Positions 39,332-48,619 of a stretch of 64,000 bases of DNA are shown in pieces. This DNA comes from Pseudomonadota bacterium (GTDB lineage Bacteria; Pseudomonadota; Gammaproteobacteria; Burkholderiales; Rhodocyclaceae): assembly GCA_018262235.1 (NCBI GenBank), contig JAGTRY010000006.1:3632-67631 (forward strand), in the 5' to 3' direction. Each line of letters opens with the position of its first letter. The first letter of the stretch is position 1. Made by a program: the position numbers and the translations under genes. The notes beneath the pieces are model-generated. The model was not told the origin of the DNA. It worked only from the letters and a program-made list of their open reading frames with translations, and did not search any database.

Positions 39332-39410
39332 TTCAACTCTCCTTAGCCAAGGTGCAATGCTAACAGGCCGGCACACTCAGATCCCGCCTGCACACCGTAA
39401 AATGCCGGGG

Positions 39411-40433
39411 ATGAACACTGCCGCCCTGCCTCCCCGCCGTCTGTCTGTCGCGCCCATGCTGGACTGGACCGACCGCCACTGCCGCCACTTCCACCGCCTG
39501 CTGGCCCCTCACGCCTGGCTGTACACCGAGATGGTCACGACCGGTGCTTTGTTGTTTGGCGATGTGCCACGCCATCTGCGTTTTGGCGAAGCCGAGCATC
39601 CCGTCGCATTGCAGCTGGGTGGCAGCGAACCGGCAGATCTGGTACGTTGCGCCGAGCTTGCTGAAGAATGGGGTTATGACGAGGTCAATCTGAACTGTGG
39701 CTGCCCGAGCGAACGCGTGCAGCGTGGCGCTTTCGGCGCCAGCCTGATGCACGAGCCACAACTGGTTGCTGATTGCGTGGCGGCGATGCGCGCGGCCACC
39801 AGGCTGCCGGTCACGGTCAAACACCGCATCGGGATCGACCAGATCGAGAAGTATGCCTTCGTGCACGACTTTGTCGCGACCGTCGCAGCAGCCGGTTGCC
39901 AAACTTTCATCGTGCATGCCCGCAATGCCTGGCTCAAAGGGCTCTCCCCGAAAGAGAACCGCGAAGTTCCCCCTTTGCGCTATGACGTTGCACACCAGCT
40001 CAAGCGCGATTTCCCGAAACTCGAAATCCTGCTCAATGGTGGCCTCGCAAGCACCGCGGCAATGGCCGAACAACTCGAACATGTGGATGGCGTCATGATC
40101 GGGCGCGAGGCTTATCACAACCCCTGGGCCCTTGCCGAGTGGGAACGAAGCTTCTGTGACCCGGCCTGGCAGCCCACGCGTGAATCCATCATCGCCGGCC
40201 TGATCGACTACGCCGAACGTGAAGCACGCGAACACGGTACGCCTTTGCGTGCGATCACCCGCCACATCCTCGGGTTCGCCAACGGCCTGCCTGGTGCCAA
40301 AAGCTTTCGGCGCCTGCTCTCCGAGCCACATGAACTGAAAGATGCAAAGCCGGAGCTGCTGCGCCGCGCCTGGGAACAAATCCCTTTGCAGGCCCACCCG
40401 GCCTCCGCAGACGATTCCGTCGGACCAGCGTAA
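39411..40433 (+). CDS. dusA: tRNA-dihydrouridine(20/20a) synthase
   Basis: LSVAPMLDWTDRHCRHFHR and EVNLNCGCPS motifs. An alternative ATG lies at 39402. Confidence 0.92.
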   Translation: MNTAALPPRRLSVAPMLDWTDRHCRHFHRLLAPHAWLYTEMVTTGALLFGDVPRHLRFGEAEHPVALQLGGSEPADLVRCAELAEEWGYDEVNLNCGCPSERVQRGAFGASLMHEPQLVADCVAAMRAATRLPVTVKHRIGIDQIEKYAFVHDFVATVAAAGCQTFIVHARNAWLKGLSPKENREVPPLRYDVAHQLKRDFPKLEILLNGGLASTAAMAEQLEHVDGVMIGREAYHNPWALAEWERSFCDPAWQPTRESIIAGLIDYAEREAREHGTPLRAITRHILGFANGLPGAKSFRRLLSEPHELKDAKPELLRRAWEQIPLQAHPASADDSVGPA

Positions 40434-40544
40434 AGGTCCTCCACTCCACTCTTCCGATGAAGCGCGACGGAACGGCGGTCGCGGCCAAGCACATCACCCT
40501 GTGTGCAGCCTGCGACACCGGATCAGGGCATGCGTACATGCACG

Positions 40545-41099
40545 TCATAACACGCGCATCAACTCGCTGATGCTGATTTCCAGATCTTGCACTGCGGCGA
40601 CCGTTTGGCCTTCCCGTCGAGCAGGGATAAAGGCCGTAGCAAGAAACAGTTCGCACAAAGGAGCCCATTCATCCTTGTTCGCCCCCCCCAGCACGCGCAC
40701 CTCATCCACCCAGCCACCGGCATTGATGAACAGCCGTAAATGCACCGTCGCGGCCGGAAAGACTACCGCACCCAAACGATTCACATCCGGAGCCGACACG
40801 GGAACCGGCTGTTGATCGAGCGATTCAGCAGACCAGTAAATCCGTCCGGACGGCACTGCACCACGCCCCCTGCCGGATTCCGGCACATCCTTGGTAGAAA
40901 GTTGATGGGCTACATCAGGGATGGGCTTGACGGCTGCATCAGGCTCATGTGCCACGGGCATAGGCGGGCGCTGCAAGCGTGCCATCAGCGGGCCAGACAT
41001 CACTTGGCCACCCCTGCCATCACTGGACAGCCCAAACAGGCCGAGCAGATGCAAGAGTACCGACAGCCCAAGAGCCAGGCGTAGTGCAGTGGATTGCAT
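40545..41099 (-). CDS. Short TonB-family protein (TM with SxxxH, Pro-containing linker, TonB_C-like domain)
   Basis: 184 aa from ATG 41099, which is 5 nt after the pilY1 stop. TM LSVLLHLLGLFGL (S-V-L-L-H). The C-terminus VHLRLFINAGGWVDEVRVLGG...FIPARREGQTVAAVQDLEISI fits the TonB C-terminal pattern. Confidence 0.5.
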   Translation of the reverse strand: MQSTALRLALGLSVLLHLLGLFGLSSDGRGGQVMSGPLMARLQRPPMPVAHEPDAAVKPIPDVAHQLSTKDVPESGRGRGAVPSGRIYWSAESLDQQPVPVSAPDVNRLGAVVFPAATVHLRLFINAGGWVDEVRVLGGANKDEWAPLCELFLATAFIPARREGQTVAAVQDLEISISELMRVL

Positions 41100-41104
41100 G
41101 CGAC

Positions 41105-44100
41105 TCAATCAACGGTCGGCACCACGCGCCAGTTGAGGCGCTTGAGCGAGCCACCGCTCGAAAAACTGCCAGACAGATTGACGACGGAGCCCGTCGCGGA
41201 ACCGACCAGCAGACGCGTCTTGCCGGCGACATTGACGAAAGCGATATCGGTCGTGACCGACGTCAAGGCCAAGGAGGCCACCAGATTTCCGCTGCTATCC
41301 GTGAGCAGACTCGTCCCGGTCGACAGGCTCACCGCGAAAGCACGCGAGGTACCGGAGGGTGAGCAGGCTTCGCCATTGGGCAGATTGGCAGAAAAAGCCA
41401 CTACGCCATTGTTGGCGGTCGGGGTGACATTGATACGTTCGGCCACACCATTGGTCGCGGAGGACAGATCGAAATACCAGCCCATGACTTTACCCGGGTT
41501 GCTGCCGATACCACTGAGCAGATCGCTGTTTTCCTGGAGCACAGAACGGGTGACTGGAAAACTCACGCCATCGGGCAGACTGGTACTGCCACCGTAGAAC
41601 GCACCGCTCGTACCCATCCCGTCGATGAGGGCATAGAAGGTCTGGATCTGGGTACTGGAGATATCGCTATCAGCAAGCAGGCGTCCTGTGCCGATCAGCA
41701 CATAACGCTTGAGCGAATCCGGTTCGATCTCGACCAGCGGTTTGGTGGTCACCGGCTGAACTGTCCCGCTGCTGTCCTTGAGAATGGCAATCCGGGTCGG
41801 CGCAGCGTAGTTACCCGAAGTCGGCGTGAGGTCGAGACGCCACACATTGCCCTGCAGGTCACCGGCATAGACCGCATCAGCGGTACCATCCTTGTAGTTC
41901 GGCACGAAGGCCGAGGCATGGGCAAGGTTCAACGGCGCTGACGTCGAACCTTCGGAGGTCACGACCGTTTCCAGCAAAGCGCCGGTACGCGGATGGACGA
42001 AGAAGAAGTAACCCTTGCCATCGTCATTGTTGTACCCGGAAGTCAGCACCACGACCCAGCCATACTTGGCGGTCTTCACCACCTGGGCATCACCGTAGCT
42101 GTAGCCCATGTGTGAATGGCTGAATTCCCACAGCACCTTGCTGGCAACCAGCGTGTCGCTGGTCCAGGCACTGGGGTCGGTCACGTCGATTGCGTAATAG
42201 CCCTTGCCGCCCTTGCCCAGTCCGCCCACCAGCAGGCTGTGCCAGTCATTGGTCGTGGCAATGGGGCTCGGAGTCTTGTAGAAATCTACATCGAAGACAT
42301 TCGGCGTACCGTCGACCAGAAAGTGGTGGCTGAAGCTCGGACTTCCCAACGATGAGAGTCCTCCATCCGCCGTATCGAGGCTGCTGTCGCTATAGATGAG
42401 ACTGGGAATGTAGGCGAAGAGTTCGCTGCCACCGCTTGTACTGGTGACCGAACCATCGAAGGCATGCAGCATGCCGTCGTTGGCGCCCACATAGACCACG
42501 GTCTTGCGACTCGCGTAATTGCGCTTGAAACTGCTATAGCCCAGGTTGTAGAGGTCGGTGAGATTGGCGTCAGGCGCGGCGACAGCGGTCACCTTGGAAT
42601 CGACGATGTCACCAAGCAGGCTGCTACGGGTGCGATACTTTCCTCCATTGGCGAGTTCCTTGGTCCGATCACCACGCAGATAGAGGATGTAGTCGGAAGC
42701 GGACTGACTGCTGACACCGGTCACGTAGTTGAAGGAACTGTTGCATGACAAGCCCGTATTGAACGCCACGGCTCCATTGCCACACCAGGTCACGATCTTG
42801 CGGGTAGTCTGAGCCATGCTGTTAAGCAGACTGCCCGCACTCCACACATCCGTGTAAGTCGGGTTACCGCTACTGTCATAGCTCACGGTCTGTCCCTTGA
42901 GGCTACCGGTCCAGGTCGATGGATCATAGCTCGCCACATAGTTGGCGTTGCCACTGGTGGTCTGACGTGGCGAGGGAGAGGACAGTGCGGTAGCGGTAGC
43001 TGCGGCAGCTTCCGCAGCGATTTTGGCAAAGGCCTCGGTCAAGCCCGATTTCATCGTGGACGGCGAATTGCCCGGAAAGTAGTTCGACGGTCGCTTATCA
43101 CATTTGCTGGAAATGCCTCCGGTCAACGTCGAGCAGTCTGTATTGCTATCGGTTGAATAGGAAAGCTCGTTCGACGTCGCGTAGGACGTTCCGGAAAAAG
43201 GTACGTAGGAGCTGGTCGCCGCCCAGGCAGTATCAACCAAAGTCGAAGTACCGTTGGTCCCTGCATAGGTCGAGAATCCGCTGGGGACTTCGAATCCGCC
43301 ATATTTTGTGGCAAGCCAGTACTGGTTCTTGTGCTCGTAGTAGGCGTTCTCATGCACATCGAGCCAGTAGGTGTTGATCGTTTGCGTACCCGTCAGATCA
43401 GAGCGGATGTCCCGAGTATGTGCATCGTAGGCCAGCCCCGCGATATAGAGAGTGTTGCTGCGGTCACTACTGTTGTATTTTGAACCAAGATTGCCGGAGT
43501 AGCCCTCAAGCTGCCCCACCATATTGGTCGCAGCCTGCACATTGACTTTGTCCTGGGTAGCCGGAGTACCTTCCGGCGCAGCATCAGCAGAAACTTCGCT
43601 GGGAAGAGAGGATGAAAGGGTAGACCCCGGCAACTCTCTGTCATTCCAGGCATAAGTATCACCGATTCCCAGGATGAAGTTTTTCTGGCAGGTATAGAGA
43701 ATCGGATCGTCCCAGGTTGCTATAGCCGGAAAACCATCCAGCCAGATGGCTGCTGTCGTTGAGTTACCCGCACCGCTCAGACTGCTATAGGAGGCCACGT
43801 TGCCCTTGTTGCGGAAATAACGCGTTGCCGCGTAATACAACTCACCGACCGGATCCTTGGACTTGTAGTAGTGGCCGCTGCTCGCAAAACCAAGGGAACC
43901 AAACTTGTTCAGGTAGTTCATGACCCCGCTGTTGGTAATCGATACCGTCCAACCGGAGGATTTTGCAAAAGTCTGGGTGGCAGTGGCATCGCTGCTATCC
44001 GGATTCTGGACCATGATGCCGGTCGTGCTGCTCCATTCGGTCAGCGAATTCGTGATTGCGGATGAACTCGGCACCGGTTGGGTCGGTCCGATGTATTTCA

Positions 44101-45088
44101 TCCGCGCACGCATCACGCCACCATCCGTGCGATTGTCATCGTGGTAATAGCCAAACGCGGAATAGCGAAGCTTCGAGGCATAGTTCTGCAGCAAACCTTC
44201 GGGCTTATAGATGGTCGGACTGGTGCTGCCAAGCGGGTAACCAACGCAGTTGTCTTCGACCTTTACACTGCTATCGCAGACCTTGACGTTGATGAAGATG
44301 CGATACACGACAGTAGGGTCCGCATATAGAGGATTGCTTGTCGTGGTCTGGTTTCGGCCCGAGCCGGTTGTTACTGTCGAGGTGACGTAGCTGTTCTGCC
44401 CGTTGTAATCCGTTCCGGTAGCGGTTTTGCTGGCAGGGTCTGTGTAGTCCGTCCAGGCGGACGCACTGATACCGGAGTTGGTGAAGTAAACGGCCGTTCC
44501 CGCATAACGGACCCGACTGTTCCAGGCCGTCCACTTTAACGGTGTGGCACCGGCGAGCGTCGTAGCGGCCGACGAAATGCTCTTATGCGGCATGACAGTC
44601 GAGTTGTAGCCCGCAAAAGTCTTGGTCAGGATCGTATCGCTGCTGGAGTCAGTACTCCGATAACCACCGGTCAATACCCAGCGAAAAGTATCCAGGGTCT
44701 GCATCGACACCCAGTTGAGAAAGTTGCCACTCCACAGTTGCAGGCTCGCACTGCTGCTACAGGTGTGACTTCCCGAGCTGCTGTAGCTGTAAGGCGTAAA
44801 GTAGCTGTTCGCGGGGATCGTCGAGTTATAGACGTAGGTGTAGCACTTTACCGGATCGAAGTAGCCGAGGAAGGTACTGCTCGCGGAATAGCTCGTGGTG
44901 TATGCCGGCGTCGTCGCCGTTGGCCACTCTACTGACAGCGTCAGCGCCAGATTGCCCGGCACCGTCACGGAAGAGAACAGTGGCGAGTCGGCCAGATCAA
45001 TACTGGTTGCGTGAGCAGAAACGCTGTACAGCAAAGTAGCTGTCAGCAGGACGCACATGGAACGGTAGATACGATTCAGTTCATGCAT
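41105..45088 (-). CDS. pilY1: Type IV pilus tip-associated protein PilY1/PilC family
   Basis: 1327 aa from ATG 45088, with signal peptide MHELNRIYRSMCVLLTATLLYSVSAHA. C-terminal propeller signatures VYVGANDGMLHAFD and DGTADAVYAGDLQGNVWRLDL. The track ORF extends 71 codons further upstream. Confidence 0.85.
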   Translation of the reverse strand: MHELNRIYRSMCVLLTATLLYSVSAHATSIDLADSPLFSSVTVPGNLALTLSVEWPTATTPAYTTSYSASSTFLGYFDPVKCYTYVYNSTIPANSYFTPYSYSSSGSHTCSSSASLQLWSGNFLNWVSMQTLDTFRWVLTGGYRSTDSSSDTILTKTFAGYNSTVMPHKSISSAATTLAGATPLKWTAWNSRVRYAGTAVYFTNSGISASAWTDYTDPASKTATGTDYNGQNSYVTSTVTTGSGRNQTTTSNPLYADPTVVYRIFINVKVCDSSVKVEDNCVGYPLGSTSPTIYKPEGLLQNYASKLRYSAFGYYHDDNRTDGGVMRARMKYIGPTQPVPSSSAITNSLTEWSSTTGIMVQNPDSSDATATQTFAKSSGWTVSITNSGVMNYLNKFGSLGFASSGHYYKSKDPVGELYYAATRYFRNKGNVASYSSLSGAGNSTTAAIWLDGFPAIATWDDPILYTCQKNFILGIGDTYAWNDRELPGSTLSSSLPSEVSADAAPEGTPATQDKVNVQAATNMVGQLEGYSGNLGSKYNSSDRSNTLYIAGLAYDAHTRDIRSDLTGTQTINTYWLDVHENAYYEHKNQYWLATKYGGFEVPSGFSTYAGTNGTSTLVDTAWAATSSYVPFSGTSYATSNELSYSTDSNTDCSTLTGGISSKCDKRPSNYFPGNSPSTMKSGLTEAFAKIAAEAAAATATALSSPSPRQTTSGNANYVASYDPSTWTGSLKGQTVSYDSSGNPTYTDVWSAGSLLNSMAQTTRKIVTWCGNGAVAFNTGLSCNSSFNYVTGVSSQSASDYILYLRGDRTKELANGGKYRTRSSLLGDIVDSKVTAVAAPDANLTDLYNLGYSSFKRNYASRKTVVYVGANDGMLHAFDGSVTSTSGGSELFAYIPSLIYSDSSLDTADGGLSSLGSPSFSHHFLVDGTPNVFDVDFYKTPSPIATTNDWHSLLVGGLGKGGKGYYAIDVTDPSAWTSDTLVASKVLWEFSHSHMGYSYGDAQVVKTAKYGWVVVLTSGYNNDDGKGYFFFVHPRTGALLETVVTSEGSTSAPLNLAHASAFVPNYKDGTADAVYAGDLQGNVWRLDLTPTSGNYAAPTRIAILKDSSGTVQPVTTKPLVEIEPDSLKRYVLIGTGRLLADSDISSTQIQTFYALIDGMGTSGAFYGGSTSLPDGVSFPVTRSVLQENSDLLSGIGSNPGKVMGWYFDLSSATNGVAERINVTPTANNGVVAFSANLPNGEACSPSGTSRAFAVSLSTGTSLLTDSSGNLVASLALTSVTTDIAFVNVAGKTRLLVGSATGSVVNLSGSFSSGGSLKRLNWRVVPTVD

Positions 45089-45119
45089 GGCAATCTCTCG
45101 CAGAAGGTGGCGCAGGGGG

Positions 45120-45719
45120 TCAACGAGACAGGGTGGTCTGCAGGAAGACCTGAGTGTTGCGCGGCCCGCTGACCCGTACGCTGATGCGATACACCGGCAC
45201 GTATTCAGCACCGGCTTTCTTGAGCCAGTTGGTCCCCCCCGCATCGGAAGAACCCGGCACGTAAACACAGGTAGTCGCATCGAAGCTGCCCGCTGCGGCA
45301 CACTGGCGGTCGATCACGGTACGGATCTTCACCCCGGTACTGCTATCGGTAATGTCCGTTGCACTCATTCCTTTACTGGCAAAAGTGCTGTCATTGACCA
45401 ACACCAGTGGAATGCCACGCGCATTCACCGCAAGAATGGAGGCCGAATAGTTGCTGGCGGGAACATCGGCGGCACGACTGCTGTCCGTTGCCAGCGCACC
45501 ACTATTGAAGAGCGCGATGGCCGCCGCCATGCCCCGCTCTCCCTCATTGACCAGATCCCGCTTGAAGGCAAGGTTGCCGGAGAGCAGTAACGACGTATCG
45601 AAGGAGCGGATCAGTGCGACAGCCGAAATCAGCAGGATCACCATGGCCAACAAGGTAACCAGCAGGATCAAGCCTCGTTGCTGTCTACGTCGTGCCTGCA
45701 GGAATGCCATTTTGCGCAT
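45120..45719 (-). CDS. pilX: Type IV pilus minor pilin-like protein PilX
   Basis: N-terminus QRGLILLVTLLAMVILLISAVALIRS, consistent with a PilX_N-type hydrophobic helix. Operon position between pilW and pilY1. Confidence 0.7.
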   Translation of the reverse strand: MRKMAFLQARRRQQRGLILLVTLLAMVILLISAVALIRSFDTSLLLSGNLAFKRDLVNEGERGMAAAIALFNSGALATDSSRAADVPASNYSASILAVNARGIPLVLVNDSTFASKGMSATDITDSSTGVKIRTVIDRQCAAAGSFDATTCVYVPGSSDAGGTNWLKKAGAEYVPVYRISVRVSGPRNTQVFLQTTLSR

Positions 45720-45723
45720 CGCC

Positions 45724-46887
45724 TTACTCCAGCATCATCACGCTACGCAGAGGCACGGTGATTTCCACCGTACGATAGCGGTATTTCTGCTCGGTCGCGC
45801 TGAGGGTTCGCGTGAATTGCAAACTGCTGCCGAGATCGGCAAAGAGATTCAGGTTGACAGCACTCACTGCACTTTTCTCGGCCAGTTCAGTACGCAGGAT
45901 CAATCCCACCCGCACAGCCTTGATCGTGGCAATCAGGCCTGCCGAGTTGGTGCTGCCATCGCTCAGGGCACTATAGGCATAGCTCCCGCTGGGTTTGACC
46001 CAACTGTCGATCTTGCCATCGCCGCTGGTATCCAGACCGTACAGCGCGTGCAGTTCAAACACCCCATTGGCTACAGCCTGCATCGGCGTCGAAGAAGTCT
46101 GCAGCAGGTCGTAGGCAAACAAGGTGTTGTTGTCACCCACGCCAATCACCTGGAACGTAGGCGGATTCGCCTGCGCCACATTTCCCATCGCGAAGGCCAC
46201 GGCACTCTTCGAAAAACCGGCCACACTCACCGCATTGATCTCGGCGGAGTAATAGCTGCCGGCCAGCGGCAGGCTGCCGGCCCCGGCCTCACTGAAGCTA
46301 CTGCTGACCTGACTCAACAGACAAGGCGCGATCGCCCCGCTTTTGGCCTCCTGATCCGCCAGCAACAGGAGATCACTGGCAGCAAAGGACAGGGTGTTCT
46401 TCAGGGTCAAGGTCGCGGCCGCCGGATAATCCGTCAGATAGGCGGGCGCATCGGCACGTCCTGCAGCACCACTCATGATGACAAGGACATCCGACGTGGA
46501 TCCACTCAAGCCCGGTGTTGTCTGATCCGCGGCGATCAACGCAGGCGCGAGGCGGAAGCTGGTGCTCAAACTGGCAAATGGCGCAGGCAGCGCTGCACTG
46601 CGCGGCAAAGTCTGACTGCCATTGGTAGCCTGCAGCGTGCAGCCGAAGGCATATTCAGCGGACTGGGCAAAGCCCGCACCGGCGTTGCGCAGCCAGTTGT
46701 CGAGCATGTAAACCGCGTAATTGCCGGCCTGATCGATGTCATTGACCGAGGTGGCCCCACGCTTGCGAGCTTCGAAACCGATCATCACCGTAGAAACCGC
46801 CAGCACCAGCAAGGAGGCGATGACGATCGCAACCATCAGTTCCACGAGTGTCACACCACGCTGACGGAGAACGGGCGACTTGCTCAT
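45724..46887 (-). CDS. pilW: Type IV pilus minor pilin PilW
   Basis: Prepilin N-terminus RQRGVTLVELMVAIVIASLL. 387 aa. ATGA overlap with the pilV stop. Confidence 0.8.
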   Translation of the reverse strand: MSKSPVLRQRGVTLVELMVAIVIASLLVLAVSTVMIGFEARKRGATSVNDIDQAGNYAVYMLDNWLRNAGAGFAQSAEYAFGCTLQATNGSQTLPRSAALPAPFASLSTSFRLAPALIAADQTTPGLSGSTSDVLVIMSGAAGRADAPAYLTDYPAAATLTLKNTLSFAASDLLLLADQEAKSGAIAPCLLSQVSSSFSEAGAGSLPLAGSYYSAEINAVSVAGFSKSAVAFAMGNVAQANPPTFQVIGVGDNNTLFAYDLLQTSSTPMQAVANGVFELHALYGLDTSGDGKIDSWVKPSGSYAYSALSDGSTNSAGLIATIKAVRVGLILRTELAEKSAVSAVNLNLFADLGSSLQFTRTLSATEQKYRYRTVEITVPLRSVMMLE

Positions 46888-47273
46888 GGGATGATCACCT
46901 TGGTCACGTAGCTGTTGGCCTGCTCGGCACTTTTACGCCACGGAGCTTTCCAGGTAATCGTTACCGTGGCCAGCCCGGTACTATCCACACTGACACTACC
47001 GTTGCCTGAAGGCAATCCACGGCTGCTGGAACTGACCTGTGTCTGCCAGCTGCTGGTATCTACGCTGGTGCTTTGCTGGGCCCACATCTGACTGACGATC
47101 TGATTGGCCAGCAAGGCGGCACGGCTACGGTCTTCGGAATCCACCGAGAACTGCGAAGCCTTGGCCTGCAATGCAACAACGCCCAGCACGCCGATCGAGA
47201 ACAGCAAGATGGAAACCAAGGCTTCGAGCAGCGCAACACCAGCCTGACGCCGGCATGTCCGGGGGCGTTTCAT
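46884..47273 (-). CDS. pilV: Type IV pilus minor pilin PilV
   Basis: RRQAGVALLEALVSILLFSIGVLGVVALQ. The ATG at 47273 forms an ATGA overlap with the fimT stop. The track start is GTG 47282. Confidence 0.8.
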   Translation of the reverse strand: MKRPRTCRRQAGVALLEALVSILLFSIGVLGVVALQAKASQFSVDSEDRSRAALLANQIVSQMWAQQSTSVDTSSWQTQVSSSSRGLPSGNGSVSVDSTGLATVTITWKAPWRKSAEQANSYVTKVIIP

Positions 47274-47860
47274 GCGGTGCACCCATCAGGATGACTGGCA
47301 GACAGGGTTTTATTCGGATCACACATCCGCACCTTGCCACCGATATAGACCTGCACCGCAAGCTTGCGATCCGCCCCCGTGGTATTCAAGGTATAGGTGA
47401 CACTCTCTGTCGGCGCAGTACAAACAGCTCCCAAACCCGTCGCAGTGTTGCTGACGAGCCGCCCTGCCGAGTTGAAACACAGCACGGCACTCCCGCCGCT
47501 GATACTGACCCCATACTGGCGGGCGAGCGTCTCGCCACGCACGAAATCACTGCTGCTGGCCATTTCCGAGCTGCCGGTCAGCGGCAAACTCTGGATGTAC
47601 CAGTTCGGGCCGCTGCTGCTCGGCGTGGCAGACAGGGCGGGACTTGCCGCAGTCAGCACGAAACTGGCCTGACGGCTACGCTTGATAGCTTCCACCTGGG
47701 TCTGGCGCAAGGCGTTCTGCAATGCTTCCGCGACAGTCCGTACGCGATTGTTCGCAAGCCATGTCGTCAGATTTGGCACAGCAATGAGCATGAGTATGCT
47801 CATCACCACCACGATGACCATCAACTCGATCAGCGAGAAGCCTGCCTGGCGTCTCAGCAT
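47270..47860 (-). CDS. fimT: GspH/FimT(FimU)-family minor pilin
   Basis: MLRRQAG|FSLIELMVIVVVMSIL has a 7-aa leader from ATG 47860. The track start is GTG 47887. Confidence 0.75.
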   Translation of the reverse strand: MLRRQAGFSLIELMVIVVVMSILMLIAVPNLTTWLANNRVRTVAEALQNALRQTQVEAIKRSRQASFVLTAASPALSATPSSSGPNWYIQSLPLTGSSEMASSSDFVRGETLARQYGVSISGGSAVLCFNSAGRLVSNTATGLGAVCTAPTESVTYTLNTTGADRKLAVQVYIGGKVRMCDPNKTLSASHPDGCTA

Positions 47861-48330
47861 GCCTGCCCTTTGCGCTGCACCCAACACCCGGTCTGCGGAT
47901 AAGAGCCCCAGCCGCTGGGCAGCGTTACGGTTTTCTGGGTGCCATCCTGATCGATGCTGTAGACGAAACCAGCCGTCGTCCCGCTACCGGTCGCAGTGAT
48001 CACATACGCCGTATCCGACAGGTCGCCACTCTTGCATTGCACGCTGAAGGTGCCGGCCGTCTGAGCTGTCGCGCAAGGGGACGTGTAGCCCGTCACGCTG
48101 ATATAGGTCCGGTTGTCCTGATAATGCTGCTCCATCTTGGCGCGCACCGTAGCCAGGGCATTGGTCGCGTCAACCAGACGTCCACGCGTTACATAATCGG
48201 AATAAGCCGGCAGCGCGACTGCTGCCAGAATGGCGATAATCGCCACCGTGATCATCAGCTCGATCAACGTAAATCCCAGGGAAAACGCCCGCTGCGTGCG
48301 CAGCAAGAGGGGAGTGAAGGCTATGTTCAT
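47854..48330 (-). CDS. pilE: Type IV pilin-like protein PilE
   Basis: G|FTLIELMITVAIIAILAAVALPAYSDYVTRGR is a canonical class III signal and pilin N-helix. The start is ambiguous among ATG 48330, TTG 48339 and an internal TTG. Confidence 0.75.
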   Translation of the reverse strand: MNIAFTPLLLRTQRAFSLGFTLIELMITVAIIAILAAVALPAYSDYVTRGRLVDATNALATVRAKMEQHYQDNRTYISVTGYTSPCATAQTAGTFSVQCKSGDLSDTAYVITATGSGTTAGFVYSIDQDGTQKTVTLPSGWGSYPQTGCWVQRKGQAC

Positions 48331-48619
48331 CAGCGTCAATCCAGTCAGGTTTTGCTGGCTCGGACAGACCTCGGATCCGTCAAGCCGCTGCTATGCATTG
48401 TCCCGACTGAAGTGCAAAACGGTGTCAAGAAAAATTAATCCGCCTCAGTTGCGACGAACGGTAATCCGTCACGACCTGACACCACTCGGCTTGGCCTCCT
48501 TCCAGAAAAACGTCCATCCCGCAAGAACCATTCTGCCCAGGCTCTGAACCTCAGCCCCAAAACTCGGACGTGGTGCAGGTATACTGCGTCCCCCTTTCAC
48601 GCATCGCGAGCCGAAGTCC

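Noticed and set aside
40682-40689. C8 (G8 on the coding strand) homopolymer inside the TonB-like gene, considered as a possible phase-variation tract like the Neisseria pilC poly-G.
   Set aside because: C7 runs occur at least five times elsewhere in the window (for example near 706, 1754, 11611, 30664 and 45234). An 8-mer is therefore not exceptional in this GC-rich DNA. It would need population sequencing to support.
45451-46911. 486-aa ORF on the + strand across pilX/pilW.
   Set aside because: It is antisense to genes with clear prepilin N-termini. Its composition is R/Q/G-rich junk.
48413-48427. Sigma-54-like element upstream of pilE on the minus strand (TGACACCGTTTTGCA).
   Set aside because: The -24 GG is GA, and the GG-to-GC spacing is one nucleotide short of the TGGCAC-N5-TTGCA consensus.
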